From an uncultured candidate division Zixibacteria bacterium (GTDB taxonomy: Bacteria > Zixibacteria > MSB-5A5 > GN15 > PGXB01), in NCBI GenBank assembly GCA_963702205.1, contig OY969724.1, positions 2,144,001-2,208,000 on the forward strand: 64,000 nucleotides of DNA. Direction: 5' to 3'. Made by a program: the position numbers and the translations under genes. This document shows positions 11,497-21,052 of the stretch, in pieces. Each line of letters opens with the position of its first letter. Position 1 is the first letter of the stretch. A model generated the notes under the pieces. It had not been told where the DNA came from. It was given only the letters and a program-made list of their open reading frames with translations, and ran no database searches.

Positions 11497-12015
11497 TTAT
11501 TGAGAGACTATTTTAAATTCATCACGGCGATTCTTGGCCCAGGCCGCTTCGTTATGACCCATCACCGCCGGGCGTTCTTTCCCGTAGCTGATGACGGACA
11601 TGCGGCTGGGAGCAATGCCCAGGTCTTTTAAGTAGTCCATAGAGGCGTTGGCACGCTTTTCACCCAGCGACAGGTTATATTCGACCGTGCCGCGTTCGTC
11701 ACAATGACCTTCGATAAGGATGATGACGTTGGCGTTTTCGCGCAGGACTTGAGCGTTGTGTTCCAGGGCCGTCTTGGCCGAATCGACAAGGTTGTACTTA
11801 TCAAAGTCAAAATAGACTTTCATGAATGCGCTTTCCTTGACCGGCTCGGGAATCGGCTCCGGTTCAGGTTCCGGTGTGGGTTTTGGTGTGGGTTCCGGTT
11901 CGGGTTCGGTCACAACGGGCTGTGTCTCTTCCGGCACCGGTTTTGGCCCGCCGCCACAGGCGGCAAGATAAACCGCGACAAACGAAAGCAGCATGAAAAT
12001 CGTCAACCTTTTCAT
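11497..12015 (-). CDS. pal: Peptidoglycan-associated lipoprotein
   Basis: LAAC lipobox; VYFDFDK, EGHCDERGT.EYNL.LG.KRA, KNRR. Confidence 0.96.
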   Translation of the reverse strand: MKRLTIFMLLSFVAVYLAACGGGPKPVPEETQPVVTEPEPEPTPKPTPEPEPEPIPEPVKESAFMKVYFDFDKYNLVDSAKTALEHNAQVLRENANVIILIEGHCDERGTVEYNLSLGEKRANASMDYLKDLGIAPSRMSVISYGKERPAVMGHNEAAWAKNRRDEFKIVSQ

Positions 12016-12065
12016 CGGTCTCCTCCTTGATATAATTTCGTTATATTCTTGTCAAAATTCGCCTA

Positions 12066-12094
12066 ATTCTAATTAAATAACCTATGGCGGTCAA
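12066..12094 (-). promoter_or_regulatory. Putative internal sigma70 promoter for pal
   Basis: TTGACC-N17-TAGAAT on the minus strand. Confidence 0.5.
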
Positions 12095-12138
12095 TATTAA
12101 AATCGATGTCTCCTGTCATATTATACGTCCGGACGCCC

Positions 12139-13458
12139 TTAATTTTCAAAAGGCAGCCAGATCGGATTGGAAAACCCTCCTCTTATAGTTAGACGTTTCT
12201 GATTGTTGCCGAACAGATCCATGGTGTAAAGATCCACCGGTCCCAGCCGGTTGGACGAAAAAATAATATGATTTCCATCGGGGGAATAATGCGGGTTTTC
12301 GTTGTTGCCCAGATCGCTTAGAATCTGGATATTTTTGCCGGTTATATCGATCGAGCAGATTTTAAAATCGCCCTGACGACTGACATACGCGATGCGGTCA
12401 CCCTTGGGCGACCAGCAGGGCGAATCGTTATAGCTTCCCTGATAGGTCAGCCTCCGGACGTTCAAGCCCTCGTTATCCATGATGTAAACCTGCGGCAGAC
12501 CGGTTCGGTCCGATATGAAGGCAATCTCGCGCCCATCGGGCGACCAGGTCGGCGAGGTGTCGATAGACCAGTTTTTGGTCAGGCGGTGTTTGATTTTGCC
12601 GTTATCGTCCAGAAGATATATTTCCGAATTGCCGTCCTTCGACAGGACGCAGGCGACGGTTTTGCCGTCGGGCGAAACCGCCGGGGCGGCGTTAAGGCCG
12701 GGGTATCCGGCGAACAGCTTGACTTCGTTGTTTTTCATATTAAGGCGGTAGAGGTGCGGTTCGCCGTCTTTATAGCTGGTAAAATAAATATATTTTCCGT
12801 CGGGAGAAACGGCCGGCGAGAGATTGATCGAGCCATTGTCGGTCAGCTGCACTTCGCCATATCCATCGAAGTCGGACATGAACAGTTCTTTGGCTTCTTC
12901 GATTTGTTTGACATAGGCGATTTTCGTCCGGTAGACGCCTTCATCGCCCGTCAAAGTCCTGACGATATCGTTGGCGATGTCGTGCACGATATAGCGATAA
13001 GATTCTTTGTGGTCTTCAAATGATTTGCTGCGTATCTCTTTGCCCTGGGCCACCGAAAACAGGCGGTATGACAGCCTCAGGTCGTTTCGGGGGAAATCGG
13101 CGCTGAGTTTGACGAGATATTCCGATCCGAGGCGCTGCCAGCCCAGCATGGTCATCTCCATCAGCTCCATGTGCTGGAGGAAGAATGAATCCAGCAGGAC
13201 GATGGAAAAGTACGGTGAAAAGTCGAGATCATTGCGCAAAATCGCGGCGCAGTTGCGCATGATGACCGTGTCGCTGTAGGTGATGAAATCTATGCCGCTG
13301 TAGTGCACGTCTTCGACCGATATATTGGTCGGTTCGAACGATGATTTCGTGCTCAGTTCGCCGTGCACGTCGCGGATGGATAAGCCGGATTGTGCCGTGG
13401 CTGTAACGGCCAGCACGGCAAATGACAGGATAAATATGGTGATCTTTTTAATTTTCAT
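12139..13458 (-). CDS. tolB: TolB beta-propeller
   Basis: PD40 repeats (P.WSPDG), TKIAYV, operon position. Confidence 0.95.
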   Translation of the reverse strand: MKIKKITIFILSFAVLAVTATAQSGLSIRDVHGELSTKSSFEPTNISVEDVHYSGIDFITYSDTVIMRNCAAILRNDLDFSPYFSIVLLDSFFLQHMELMEMTMLGWQRLGSEYLVKLSADFPRNDLRLSYRLFSVAQGKEIRSKSFEDHKESYRYIVHDIANDIVRTLTGDEGVYRTKIAYVKQIEEAKELFMSDFDGYGEVQLTDNGSINLSPAVSPDGKYIYFTSYKDGEPHLYRLNMKNNEVKLFAGYPGLNAAPAVSPDGKTVACVLSKDGNSEIYLLDDNGKIKHRLTKNWSIDTSPTWSPDGREIAFISDRTGLPQVYIMDNEGLNVRRLTYQGSYNDSPCWSPKGDRIAYVSRQGDFKICSIDITGKNIQILSDLGNNENPHYSPDGNHIIFSSNRLGPVDLYTMDLFGNNQKRLTIRGGFSNPIWLPFEN

Positions 13459-14156
13459 TTTGGTGCATAAGGGAATTTAAGGTGAATGCCTAAGATTTCA
13501 TCGGTGAAGTCATCGGGCAGCGGCGGCAACGGCTGGGAGAGCCTTACGGCCCGCTCGCAGGCGCGGTCAAAGGCGTCAATGCCTGATGATTGTTCCACTT
13601 CGATTTTTATTATACGTCCCGACGATATAACCTGGAAATAGATGGTGCAGCTGAGCGGCTGGTTGGCGTAGACGGGATTGGTCCAGTTGCGCTCGACTTT
13701 GGAAAAGGCCTGCACGAACCAATAGGGGTAATTAAACGATGCATTGTCGACCGAGGCCCCGCTCAGCCTGGACCCGGCCTGAAGGTTCCCGGAGACGTCC
13801 TTTTGGCCGCTGTCCGATCCGGCCTTGTTTTCCGCTCCTTTTTGCGTGTCGGGTTTATAATCTTTGGGTTTATTATCTTTCGGTTTCGGTTTTGGTTTTT
13901 CGACTTTCTTGGCCTCAGTAACCGTAGCCAGTTGGTCGGGAATAGGTGTGACCGGTTCATCGGCCACGATCGATTGCGGCACGATTATCGGCTCCGGTTT
14001 GGCCGGTTCGGGCTGCAGCGCGGGCATCGAGGCCAGATTGACTTTAATAACGTCGCCCAGGTCGGTATTAATGCGGGTCTGAAATGGTGCCATTAGAAAA
14101 ATCATAACCAGAAAAATGAAGTGTAATATAAATGAAAAAATAAAGTCTGTTTTCAT
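13455..14156 (-). CDS. tolA: TolA/TonB-like energy transducer
   Basis: N-terminal TM with SFILH, Pro/Lys-rich linker, TonB C-terminal domain (SSG...FD.A...AV). Confidence 0.8.
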   Translation of the reverse strand: MKTDFIFSFILHFIFLVMIFLMAPFQTRINTDLGDVIKVNLASMPALQPEPAKPEPIIVPQSIVADEPVTPIPDQLATVTEAKKVEKPKPKPKDNKPKDYKPDTQKGAENKAGSDSGQKDVSGNLQAGSRLSGASVDNASFNYPYWFVQAFSKVERNWTNPVYANQPLSCTIYFQVISSGRIIKIEVEQSSGIDAFDRACERAVRLSQPLPPLPDDFTDEILGIHLKFPYAPK

Positions 14157-14575
14157 CGGCGTTTTTTATGATTGTTTTCTTCGCGAGAGGTAATCAATCC
14201 CAAATCTTCGATTCCCATTCCTTTGAGACGGCTGATGACATCGACGACGGTCCCGTATGGCACCGTCGAATCGGCCCGCAAATAAACCGAGGAGATTCCG
14301 ATCCGGCGCAGCTCCTTGTCAAGCGATGATTCGAAATTCTCGAGACGGGTCCAGATGTCGTTTACGAATATACCGCCTTTACTGTCAATGGTAACGACGA
14401 CGCCCTCGGTTTCCTGGTCCAGAGCCGCCGCCTTGGTCCTGGGCAAATTAACTTCGATGCCCGATTGCAAAAGCGGTGCGGAGATCATGAAAATGATCAA
14501 CAGCACCAGGACGACGTCGACCAAATTGGTGACGTTTATCTCGGCGAGAGCGTTGTACTTTCTTTTCGGTATCAT
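14153..14575 (-). CDS. tolR: TolR/ExbD
   Basis: EINVTNLVDVVLVLLIIFM, LRAD..V.YG. Confidence 0.92.
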   Translation of the reverse strand: MIPKRKYNALAEINVTNLVDVVLVLLIIFMISAPLLQSGIEVNLPRTKAAALDQETEGVVVTIDSKGGIFVNDIWTRLENFESSLDKELRRIGISSVYLRADSTVPYGTVVDVISRLKGMGIEDLGLITSREENNHKKRR

Positions 14576-15294
14576 GTAAGGTCTTTCTTGACGCGGGCCA
14601 TTAATTCGAGGCTGAAGTTTGAAGTCGTGTCGTAGAATTGCTTGATTTTATTGTTGGCCCAGTTGTATCCGATCACGGCGGGAATGGCCGCACCCAGCCC
14701 GACAATCGTCGCCAGCAGAGCTTCGGCAATCCCCGGGGCTACCACGGCCAGCGAGGCCGAACCGCGCTCGCCGATGGCCCAGAATGAATCCATAACTCCG
14801 ACGACCGTCCCGAGCAGACCCATAAACGGCGAGGCGTTGGCGGTCGTGGCCAGGAAAATGACCTTGCGTTCGAGGGCCGAGATTTCTTCGTTGGTGCTGC
14901 GGTCGAGCGTCATGGATAATATTTCGGTGTCTTTGACGTCGAGGCGGGGCAGTTTCTCGGCATCGGGGTTTCCGGCTTTCTTTCGTCCCAGCAGATCTTT
15001 GATTTCGTCGTAACCCTGTGTGAATACCCCCGCCATGGTGGACATATTCATCGCTTTGGCCGTGGTCAGAACGTCGGACAACTTCTTGTTCCGGCGGAAG
15101 AAATCATAAAAGTCGTTATTTTGCTGCTCCACCTTTTTGAAGCTGCGCCATTTGTTGAACATAATGCTCCATGACACGAACGAGAAAATTATGAGGATGA
15201 TTAAGATTATTTTCCCGAACAGGCTGGTTTCGCCGATGATTTCACCGATGCTTCCCGCTACCAGAAACAAAGGCATAATAACCGCATTAATCAT
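14572..15294 (-). CDS. tolQ: TolQ/ExbB
   Basis: SPFMGLLGTV.G, VAPGIAEAL.AT..GL.AAIPAV. Confidence 0.93.
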   Translation of the reverse strand: MINAVIMPLFLVAGSIGEIIGETSLFGKIILIILIIFSFVSWSIMFNKWRSFKKVEQQNNDFYDFFRRNKKLSDVLTTAKAMNMSTMAGVFTQGYDEIKDLLGRKKAGNPDAEKLPRLDVKDTEILSMTLDRSTNEEISALERKVIFLATTANASPFMGLLGTVVGVMDSFWAIGERGSASLAVVAPGIAEALLATIVGLGAAIPAVIGYNWANNKIKQFYDTTSNFSLELMARVKKDLT

Positions 15295-15524
15295 ATAATT
15301 CCTTTTACGTTAGTCGGGCGCAATTGGTCCCTGTAAATAAGTATTTAAGTCTGTCTCCTATCCTTAGCAAACATAAATTATACACCGAGGCCCGAAAGTC
15401 GTCAATATAAAAGCAAAAACGCCATTATTGCGACGCAAGTTTCTCTTGACATAGCGGATTAAATCCATTATTTGGGACAAAATCGTAAAACGGATTTTAT
15501 GAATCTGAGAAGGAGAGAAGAGGG

Positions 15525-15731
15525 ATGAAGAAATTTTTTGCAATCGTATGTTTGAGCCTGATGGCTCTGTTGCTGGTCGTTGGTTGCGGCCAGAAGAAAG
15601 AAGAGCCCAAAACCGACACTATGACCGAAGAAACGACCACGATGCAGGATACAACTGCAACGATGGCAGATTCGACGGCTATGATGGAAGATACCACGGC
15701 CACCAAGACCATGGAAGAAGGCGGACATTAA
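15525..15731 (+). CDS. Small Thr/Met/Asp-rich lipoprotein
   Basis: RBS, MKK signal peptide, VVGC lipobox, followed by a terminator. Confidence 0.8.
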   Translation: MKKFFAIVCLSLMALLLVVGCGQKKEEPKTDTMTEETTTMQDTTATMADSTAMMEDTTATKTMEEGGH

Positions 15732-15758
15732 TCGCTAAAAATTTATTACGCTGACCAT

Positions 15759-15789
15759 AAAAAGCCCCCGACCTGGTCGGGGGCTTTTT
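15759..15789. terminator. Bidirectional intrinsic terminator
   Basis: aaaaagcccccgacc-t-ggtcgggggcttttt between convergent genes. Confidence 0.9.
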
Positions 15790-15836
15790 GTTTAAGTCTT
15801 ATTTGATGTAATCCGTCAGACGGATTATATAAGTCG

Positions 15837-16964
15837 TTAAGATTCAATCATTTCAACATTGGCGCGGGGGACCACGGCCTTCTTCCCATCCATGAATTTA
15901 ACTTCCAGAACACGCGCATGAGAGCCCGATTCCAGTTCGGTAAGTTCCGGCGGGAGGCCGGAGACTTCACCGAGCATGCCGAAATAAGGGTGACGGATGA
16001 CGCGCACCGGTGAGCCGATTTCAAGGCCGGTTTCGCGAAAGTCAGCGTTGGTATCTTTGGCTTTCGAGTCGCTGGGTTTGGGAATAATAACCTCCGGCCG
16101 GATTACACCGGCCCGGATCTGGGTCGCTCCATTGATACAGGCCATCTGGCCCTCATTGGCCTTAAGCAGATCGAAAGTCCTTTGAGCCATGTTGATTTTG
16201 CCGAAGCCCTCCGTGACGATCAGTGTCACGCCGACTTCTTCGGAACCGGTAATGGCGACACCGATATCATAACCGAGAATGTCGCGCAGGTCTTTGTCGT
16301 CGAAGCCGCCGACAACGATTCCGGCCGCACCGACTTTAGCGGCCTGCTTTATGGCTTCGGCCAGGACCATGCTCCCGCCGACAATAACCTTGCCTTTGCA
16401 GGAATCGTCGATTTCTTTGGCGGTCAGTGTCGTGGCGTTGTCCGGGACGACAATCTTGATTTCACCGTGGGTTTCGCCGCCTATGCCGAAAATGCCCTGA
16501 ATAAAAGATGACCAGGCGGTAATGGCGACGCCTTCTTTTTCGAATATTTCAACGACTTCGCCTTCGATATATGCTTTGACCGTAACTGGTATCGGCGCGC
16601 CGCGAAGAAGGACCTGTCCGGTAATGTGCGAAATCGATTCGATTTTTCCAGAGATTTTGGCCTGGCAGTGGGATTTAAACAGCCCGAAAAAAGTTTTGGA
16701 CAGGGCGATATCTTCACCCTGCTCGACCGCGTCACCCTCTTTTTTCAACATGGCGTCGGCGATGTCTTCGGGAGGAATACCGAGAATGTTGGCGACGTTG
16801 ATCGGCTCGACTATACCCGGGAGGTGAGTTCGGGCGACGATGTCGTCGGGTTTAACCATATCGCCGACCTTGACGATAACCTCGCCTTTCAGGGGCAGGA
16901 TTCTCTTTTTTGTCAGAAGAATTTTTTCCGTGACTTTAAGTCCCGGTGTATATGCATGACCCAT
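15837..16964 (-). CDS. Hypothetical protein, partner of the GlmL-like gene (barrel-sandwich hybrid-like N-terminus, KOW-like C-terminus)
   Basis: 375-aa ORF with genome-typical codons; GEV.VKVGD.V and VRVIR.PYFG..G.V motifs. Confidence 0.7.
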   Translation of the reverse strand: MGHAYTPGLKVTEKILLTKKRILPLKGEVIVKVGDMVKPDDIVARTHLPGIVEPINVANILGIPPEDIADAMLKKEGDAVEQGEDIALSKTFFGLFKSHCQAKISGKIESISHITGQVLLRGAPIPVTVKAYIEGEVVEIFEKEGVAITAWSSFIQGIFGIGGETHGEIKIVVPDNATTLTAKEIDDSCKGKVIVGGSMVLAEAIKQAAKVGAAGIVVGGFDDKDLRDILGYDIGVAITGSEEVGVTLIVTEGFGKINMAQRTFDLLKANEGQMACINGATQIRAGVIRPEVIIPKPSDSKAKDTNADFRETGLEIGSPVRVIRHPYFGMLGEVSGLPPELTELESGSHARVLEVKFMDGKKAVVPRANVEMIES

Positions 16965-16985
16965 ATGTCCGCCTTTTGTCTATTA

Positions 16986-17774
16986 TCAGTTACTGTTTTT
17001 CATCTTTATAATCAGGAAACCGGCGACCAAAACGACTACCAGTCCCAATAATATAATTAACCAGCTGTAATGTTGCGTAGAAGTATCAGCCTTGTCGTCG
17101 GCAGCCTGCGGATGTTCGGTCTTTTGAACCTCTCTCTGTGACAAATCCACAATTTGCGTGCTTTCTTTGGGGGCGACTTCGTGCAGGTCTTTGGTCGACA
17201 GGCTGGTTGCCATCTTTATAAAATCTATTTCGACGTCTTTGTAAACGCTGTCAGGAGCATAGCAGCTAAAAACGGCAATTCCTTTGTCGTGATAGACTCG
17301 CATTTGCAGAAACATTTTTTCTGTGCCCTGGATGCGGAAAATGTCCCTGACGGCCACCGCCCGAATGCTTTTGTCGTAAACGGGTTTCGCGATTTCCAGT
17401 TTATATTCGCCTGTGCTCCAACTGCCGTAAGCGCAACTGGCACCGTACTCCGAGGAAATGCTCTTTAAAGCAGAGTCGATTTCCGCCTGTGACAATTTTG
17501 CTGATTCGAAACTACTGACAAAAACATAAGCCGTTTCCCAGAACGGCTTTTTGCTTTCGGGAGCGAGGGCGACGTCATAATCGAACTCGTCCCGGGAGAC
17601 ATTCTGGAGCCCCAGGAACGTGTTAACCTGACGATATTCAACTTCGTGCCAACCGTCGGGGTAATGGAAATAGAATCCGCCCCGCCAGTCGATGAACGTC
17701 TGATCCGCCAGACACGACCCGGCCACAAAAAGGATCAAAAGAAACGCACCAGATATAAATAGGAATTTTTTCAT
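16986..17774 (-). CDS. Exported hypothetical protein with C-terminal TM anchor
   Basis: Signal peptide; FYFHYPDGW (PsbP/DcrB-like); C-terminal TM plus basic tail. Confidence 0.7.
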   Translation of the reverse strand: MKKFLFISGAFLLILFVAGSCLADQTFIDWRGGFYFHYPDGWHEVEYRQVNTFLGLQNVSRDEFDYDVALAPESKKPFWETAYVFVSSFESAKLSQAEIDSALKSISSEYGASCAYGSWSTGEYKLEIAKPVYDKSIRAVAVRDIFRIQGTEKMFLQMRVYHDKGIAVFSCYAPDSVYKDVEIDFIKMATSLSTKDLHEVAPKESTQIVDLSQREVQKTEHPQAADDKADTSTQHYSWLIILLGLVVVLVAGFLIIKMKNSN

Positions 17775-17780
17775 GACCGC

Positions 17781-19637
17781 CTACCGATTCAGGGCTTCTT
17801 CCGGATAAATATTAAGTTCCAGCATCCACTGTTTCAATTTATTAATACGCTCCTTGTGATCGGTCGGCAGGGTGAACGGTCTTCCTCGGGTGTCGAGGAT
17901 TATCCCGACCACGCCTCCGGAAAGCTCGGTTTCAACTTTGTGGCCGCGGCCCGGTCCGAGATCGAGGTGCTGAAGCGGTTCCAGTTCGGCTTTGGCTTTA
18001 CGGGGCAAACCTTTTTCGTCAAGCCCCAGCTTGATAAGTTTCATTTCGCCATAATTCATCGTTCCCGATTCGACGTTGCCGTCGGGCAGGGTGATTTTAT
18101 AATTCAAGACGGCGCCACCCTTTTTAACTTCACCGACCGGCGCAACACAGGTTCCGAGGTGAATCAGACAGTCCTTGTTGAAGACTTCGGTGGCCGCCTG
18201 CTCCTGTACGGTGGAAAGAACACCCAGCTGAGGCATCATAAAGATCGAATCGACGGCCAGGCGGGTTATGCCTTCGGGCACGAAGGCGTCGACCAGCATC
18301 AGGGCTGACTGCTGACGGCGCGGTGCGTGTGACAGCACACCGCCCGAACCGATCAGAATATCGAGCGTCATCATATTGACAATGGTCGCGCCGGAAGCGG
18401 ATTGCTCGAAGGCATCGGCGATCGTTCGCTGCTGCTGCACGCCTTTGAGCACCGTCGCGAAATTTTTATGCTGTATAAAAGCCAGACGCAAAGCTTCCTT
18501 GGCGATGGCTTGTTCGAAAATCAGTTCTTCCATCGACTGCGGAATGGTGGTCGGGCGAATCATTTTGTTTTTGACGCGGTTGCGCAGGTCGCGCTCGTCC
18601 ATGTCGAACGGAACCCAGCGCATGACCATCGGAAGCGTCGCTTCGGCGAAGACGTTGGAGACCGAGTAACTCATGCCGAGGTTGGCCGAGACGGTACGGT
18701 TGAAAACGCCGTCGTTGCTTTCTCCCGGCCGAAAGACCGAAAAGACGTCGGTCGTAGCGCCGCCGATGTCGACCCCGACCGCCTCAATGCCCTCGATGTC
18801 GGCGACCTTTTTTATAATCAGGCCGACTGCACCGGGAGTCGGCATAATGGGGGCGTCGGTCCAGGTCATCAACTTTTTATAGCCGGGAGCCTGGGCCATG
18901 ACATGCTCCATGAACAGGTTGTGTATTTCTTCACGGGCCGGGCCGAGATTCTCGCGTTCGAGGACCGGCCTGATGTTGTCCACCGTGCGAAGGTCAACTT
19001 TGTCTTTGAGCGTATCTTCGACCGCCTTGGCGGCGTTTTTATTGCCGGCATAAATAATGGGCAGCTTGTAACCGCTGCCGAGTCGCGGCTTGGGATCGGC
19101 GGCCGAAACCAGTTCGGCAATTTCCACCACGTGGGTGGTTGTGCCGCCGTCTATGCCGCCCGAAAGCAATATCATATCGGGACGAAGATGCCGGATGCGT
19201 TCAATCTGCTGATGGGGGAGACGTTTGTCGTTCGAGGCGATCACGTCCATGACGATCGCTCCGGCGCCCAGCGCGGCACGTTCGGCCGATTCGCCGGTCA
19301 TCGAGCGCACGACACCCGCCACCATCATCTGGAGACCGCCACCGGCGGAGGACGTGGAAATGTAAACGTCGGTTCCGATATCATCTTTGGCGGGAGAAAT
19401 AATCCTGCCGTCGTCGTCGAGGAGCTTTCGGCCGGAAAGTTCTTCAACTTCGCCGACGGCGTTCAGGACACCTTTGGTAACGTCCTCGAACGGAGCTTCG
19501 ACCGTCGTCGGGGCTTCGCCGCGGACAATCAGACGGTACTCTCCGTCTCGTTTTTCAATCAGAATCGCCTTGGTAGTGGTGGAACCGCAGTCGGTTGCCA
19601 GAATCACTTGTATATCTTCGGGATTCATTTTTGCCAT
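17781..19637 (-). CDS. Glutamate mutase L (GlmL/MutL)-family ASKHA ATPase
   Basis: DCGSTTTK, SSAGGGL, GGIDGG, MPTPGAV, VDIGGATTDVFS, GSGGVLSH. Confidence 0.85.
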   Translation of the reverse strand: MAKMNPEDIQVILATDCGSTTTKAILIEKRDGEYRLIVRGEAPTTVEAPFEDVTKGVLNAVGEVEELSGRKLLDDDGRIISPAKDDIGTDVYISTSSAGGGLQMMVAGVVRSMTGESAERAALGAGAIVMDVIASNDKRLPHQQIERIRHLRPDMILLSGGIDGGTTTHVVEIAELVSAADPKPRLGSGYKLPIIYAGNKNAAKAVEDTLKDKVDLRTVDNIRPVLERENLGPAREEIHNLFMEHVMAQAPGYKKLMTWTDAPIMPTPGAVGLIIKKVADIEGIEAVGVDIGGATTDVFSVFRPGESNDGVFNRTVSANLGMSYSVSNVFAEATLPMVMRWVPFDMDERDLRNRVKNKMIRPTTIPQSMEELIFEQAIAKEALRLAFIQHKNFATVLKGVQQQRTIADAFEQSASGATIVNMMTLDILIGSGGVLSHAPRRQQSALMLVDAFVPEGITRLAVDSIFMMPQLGVLSTVQEQAATEVFNKDCLIHLGTCVAPVGEVKKGGAVLNYKITLPDGNVESGTMNYGEMKLIKLGLDEKGLPRKAKAELEPLQHLDLGPGRGHKVETELSGGVVGIILDTRGRPFTLPTDHKERINKLKQWMLELNIYPEEALNR

Positions 19638-20017
19638 ATCTATTTCCTGTAATCCTGTAAAATTGTATCCGTTTCTTTGGTCTGCCGTCGAGCTTTAAAT
19701 CAACGCATCTTGTTTCAAACGGGCAGTCATATGTCTAATTTAAAGACCATAATTATAATACAAAAGGCCGGTCTTGTAAACCCAATTTTAGGTCATTATC
19801 GGGCTGCGGGCCAATCTCTAAAACTTATGAAACTGTAATGGCTTGCTGGGAATGCTCTTCTATGCAGGCCATAATCAATACCCTTAATGATTATTGGGAC
19901 GGGCCGCTTCGTTGGAAACCGGCGTAATGATTAAGGGGAATAGGTCGGTGCAGCCTTGACTCTGCTTCTGTTATATTACTTGACGGCCCGATTTTAACTC
20001 AATACTATCATGCTCTT

Positions 20018-20272
20018 ATGGATACCGTAATGCTGCTGGGACTGCTGGCCGGGGCTATGACCACCGCGTCTTTCGTGCCGCAATTGGCTAAGGCATGGCG
20101 TTCCCATTCCACGCGGGATATATCGCTGGCTATGTACGTAGTTTTTACGGCAGGGGTCTTTTTATGGTTACTCTATGGCATTTTTATTGCTTCCATTCCC
20201 GTGATTGCGGCCAACATAATTACTCTGGCAATAGCTTTGGTCATTCTTATATTGAAGATTAAGTATCACTGA
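20018..20272 (+). CDS. SemiSWEET / PQ-loop transporter
   Basis: TT.SF.PQ, STRDIS, LWL.YG, PVI.AN. Confidence 0.9.
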   Translation: MDTVMLLGLLAGAMTTASFVPQLAKAWRSHSTRDISLAMYVVFTAGVFLWLLYGIFIASIPVIAANIITLAIALVILILKIKYH

Positions 20273-20301
20273 ATACGACCACCCATATGAGGTGAAAACT
20301 C

Positions 20302-21030
20302 ATGTCCGAAAATAACACCGGTAGATTGGTTACGGCACTTATCGCAGCTCTGATAATTGCGGTAGCGTCCATTTTACTTCCCAAATTGATCATCGAGGGG
20401 GTCAAAAGCAGAATATTTATCACGCAGGGTGTTGAACTGGCTTTATCGCTTTTGGCGATATTGATATTGGGGAAAGGCCGGTTCCGGGATTACGGTTTTT
20501 GTTTGCCGCGAAAAGAGTTAATTTTCTGTGGCGGCATTGCCTGGTCGATGATCGGCGCGTTGGTTCTGGGAGCGGCGGCCACGATGGCGGTTTTAATTTC
20601 CGGCGCGATGGGCAACCCGATCGTCAAAGAACTTTCCTTCCCCCAGATCATCCTGAATGTCTGGATTTTATCGAGCACTATCGAGGAAATATTCACGCGC
20701 GGCTTTTTACAGGGGCACTTGGCATATCTGGAGGATCGGGCGGTCAGACTTTTATTTTTCAAAGTCAACCTCCCGACCCTAATCAGCGCCGTATTTTTCG
20801 CCTGTATGCATCTGGTCTTGATTTTAAGCGGCGTTGATTATAAAACGGTCATCATAATCTTGATTTTTACTTTTTCGCTTGGACTCTTGGCCGGATATCA
20901 GCGGGCACGCACCGGCAGTTTGATACCTTCGATCGGCATTCATATGCTGGGCAATATAGGTGGTGTCGTCGGAGGGATTATATATTCTATCTATGCAATG
21001 CTGACCGGCGGCAGGTTGCCGGGGATGTAA
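20302..21030 (+). CDS. CPBP/Abi intramembrane glutamic protease
   Basis: EEIFTRG, FACMH and H.L.N motifs. Confidence 0.88.
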   Translation: MSENNTGRLVTALIAALIIAVASILLPKLIIEGVKSRIFITQGVELALSLLAILILGKGRFRDYGFCLPRKELIFCGGIAWSMIGALVLGAAATMAVLISGAMGNPIVKELSFPQIILNVWILSSTIEEIFTRGFLQGHLAYLEDRAVRLLFFKVNLPTLISAVFFACMHLVLILSGVDYKTVIIILIFTFSLGLLAGYQRARTGSLIPSIGIHMLGNIGGVVGGIIYSIYAMLTGGRLPGM

Positions 21031-21052
21031 TCATCTGATCTTGACAGCCCGG

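Noticed and set aside
18402..19652. 416-aa + strand ORF and similar long antisense ORFs (e.g. 60185-61228, 1251-2213)
   Set aside because: Shadow frames of well-supported genes, expected from codon bias
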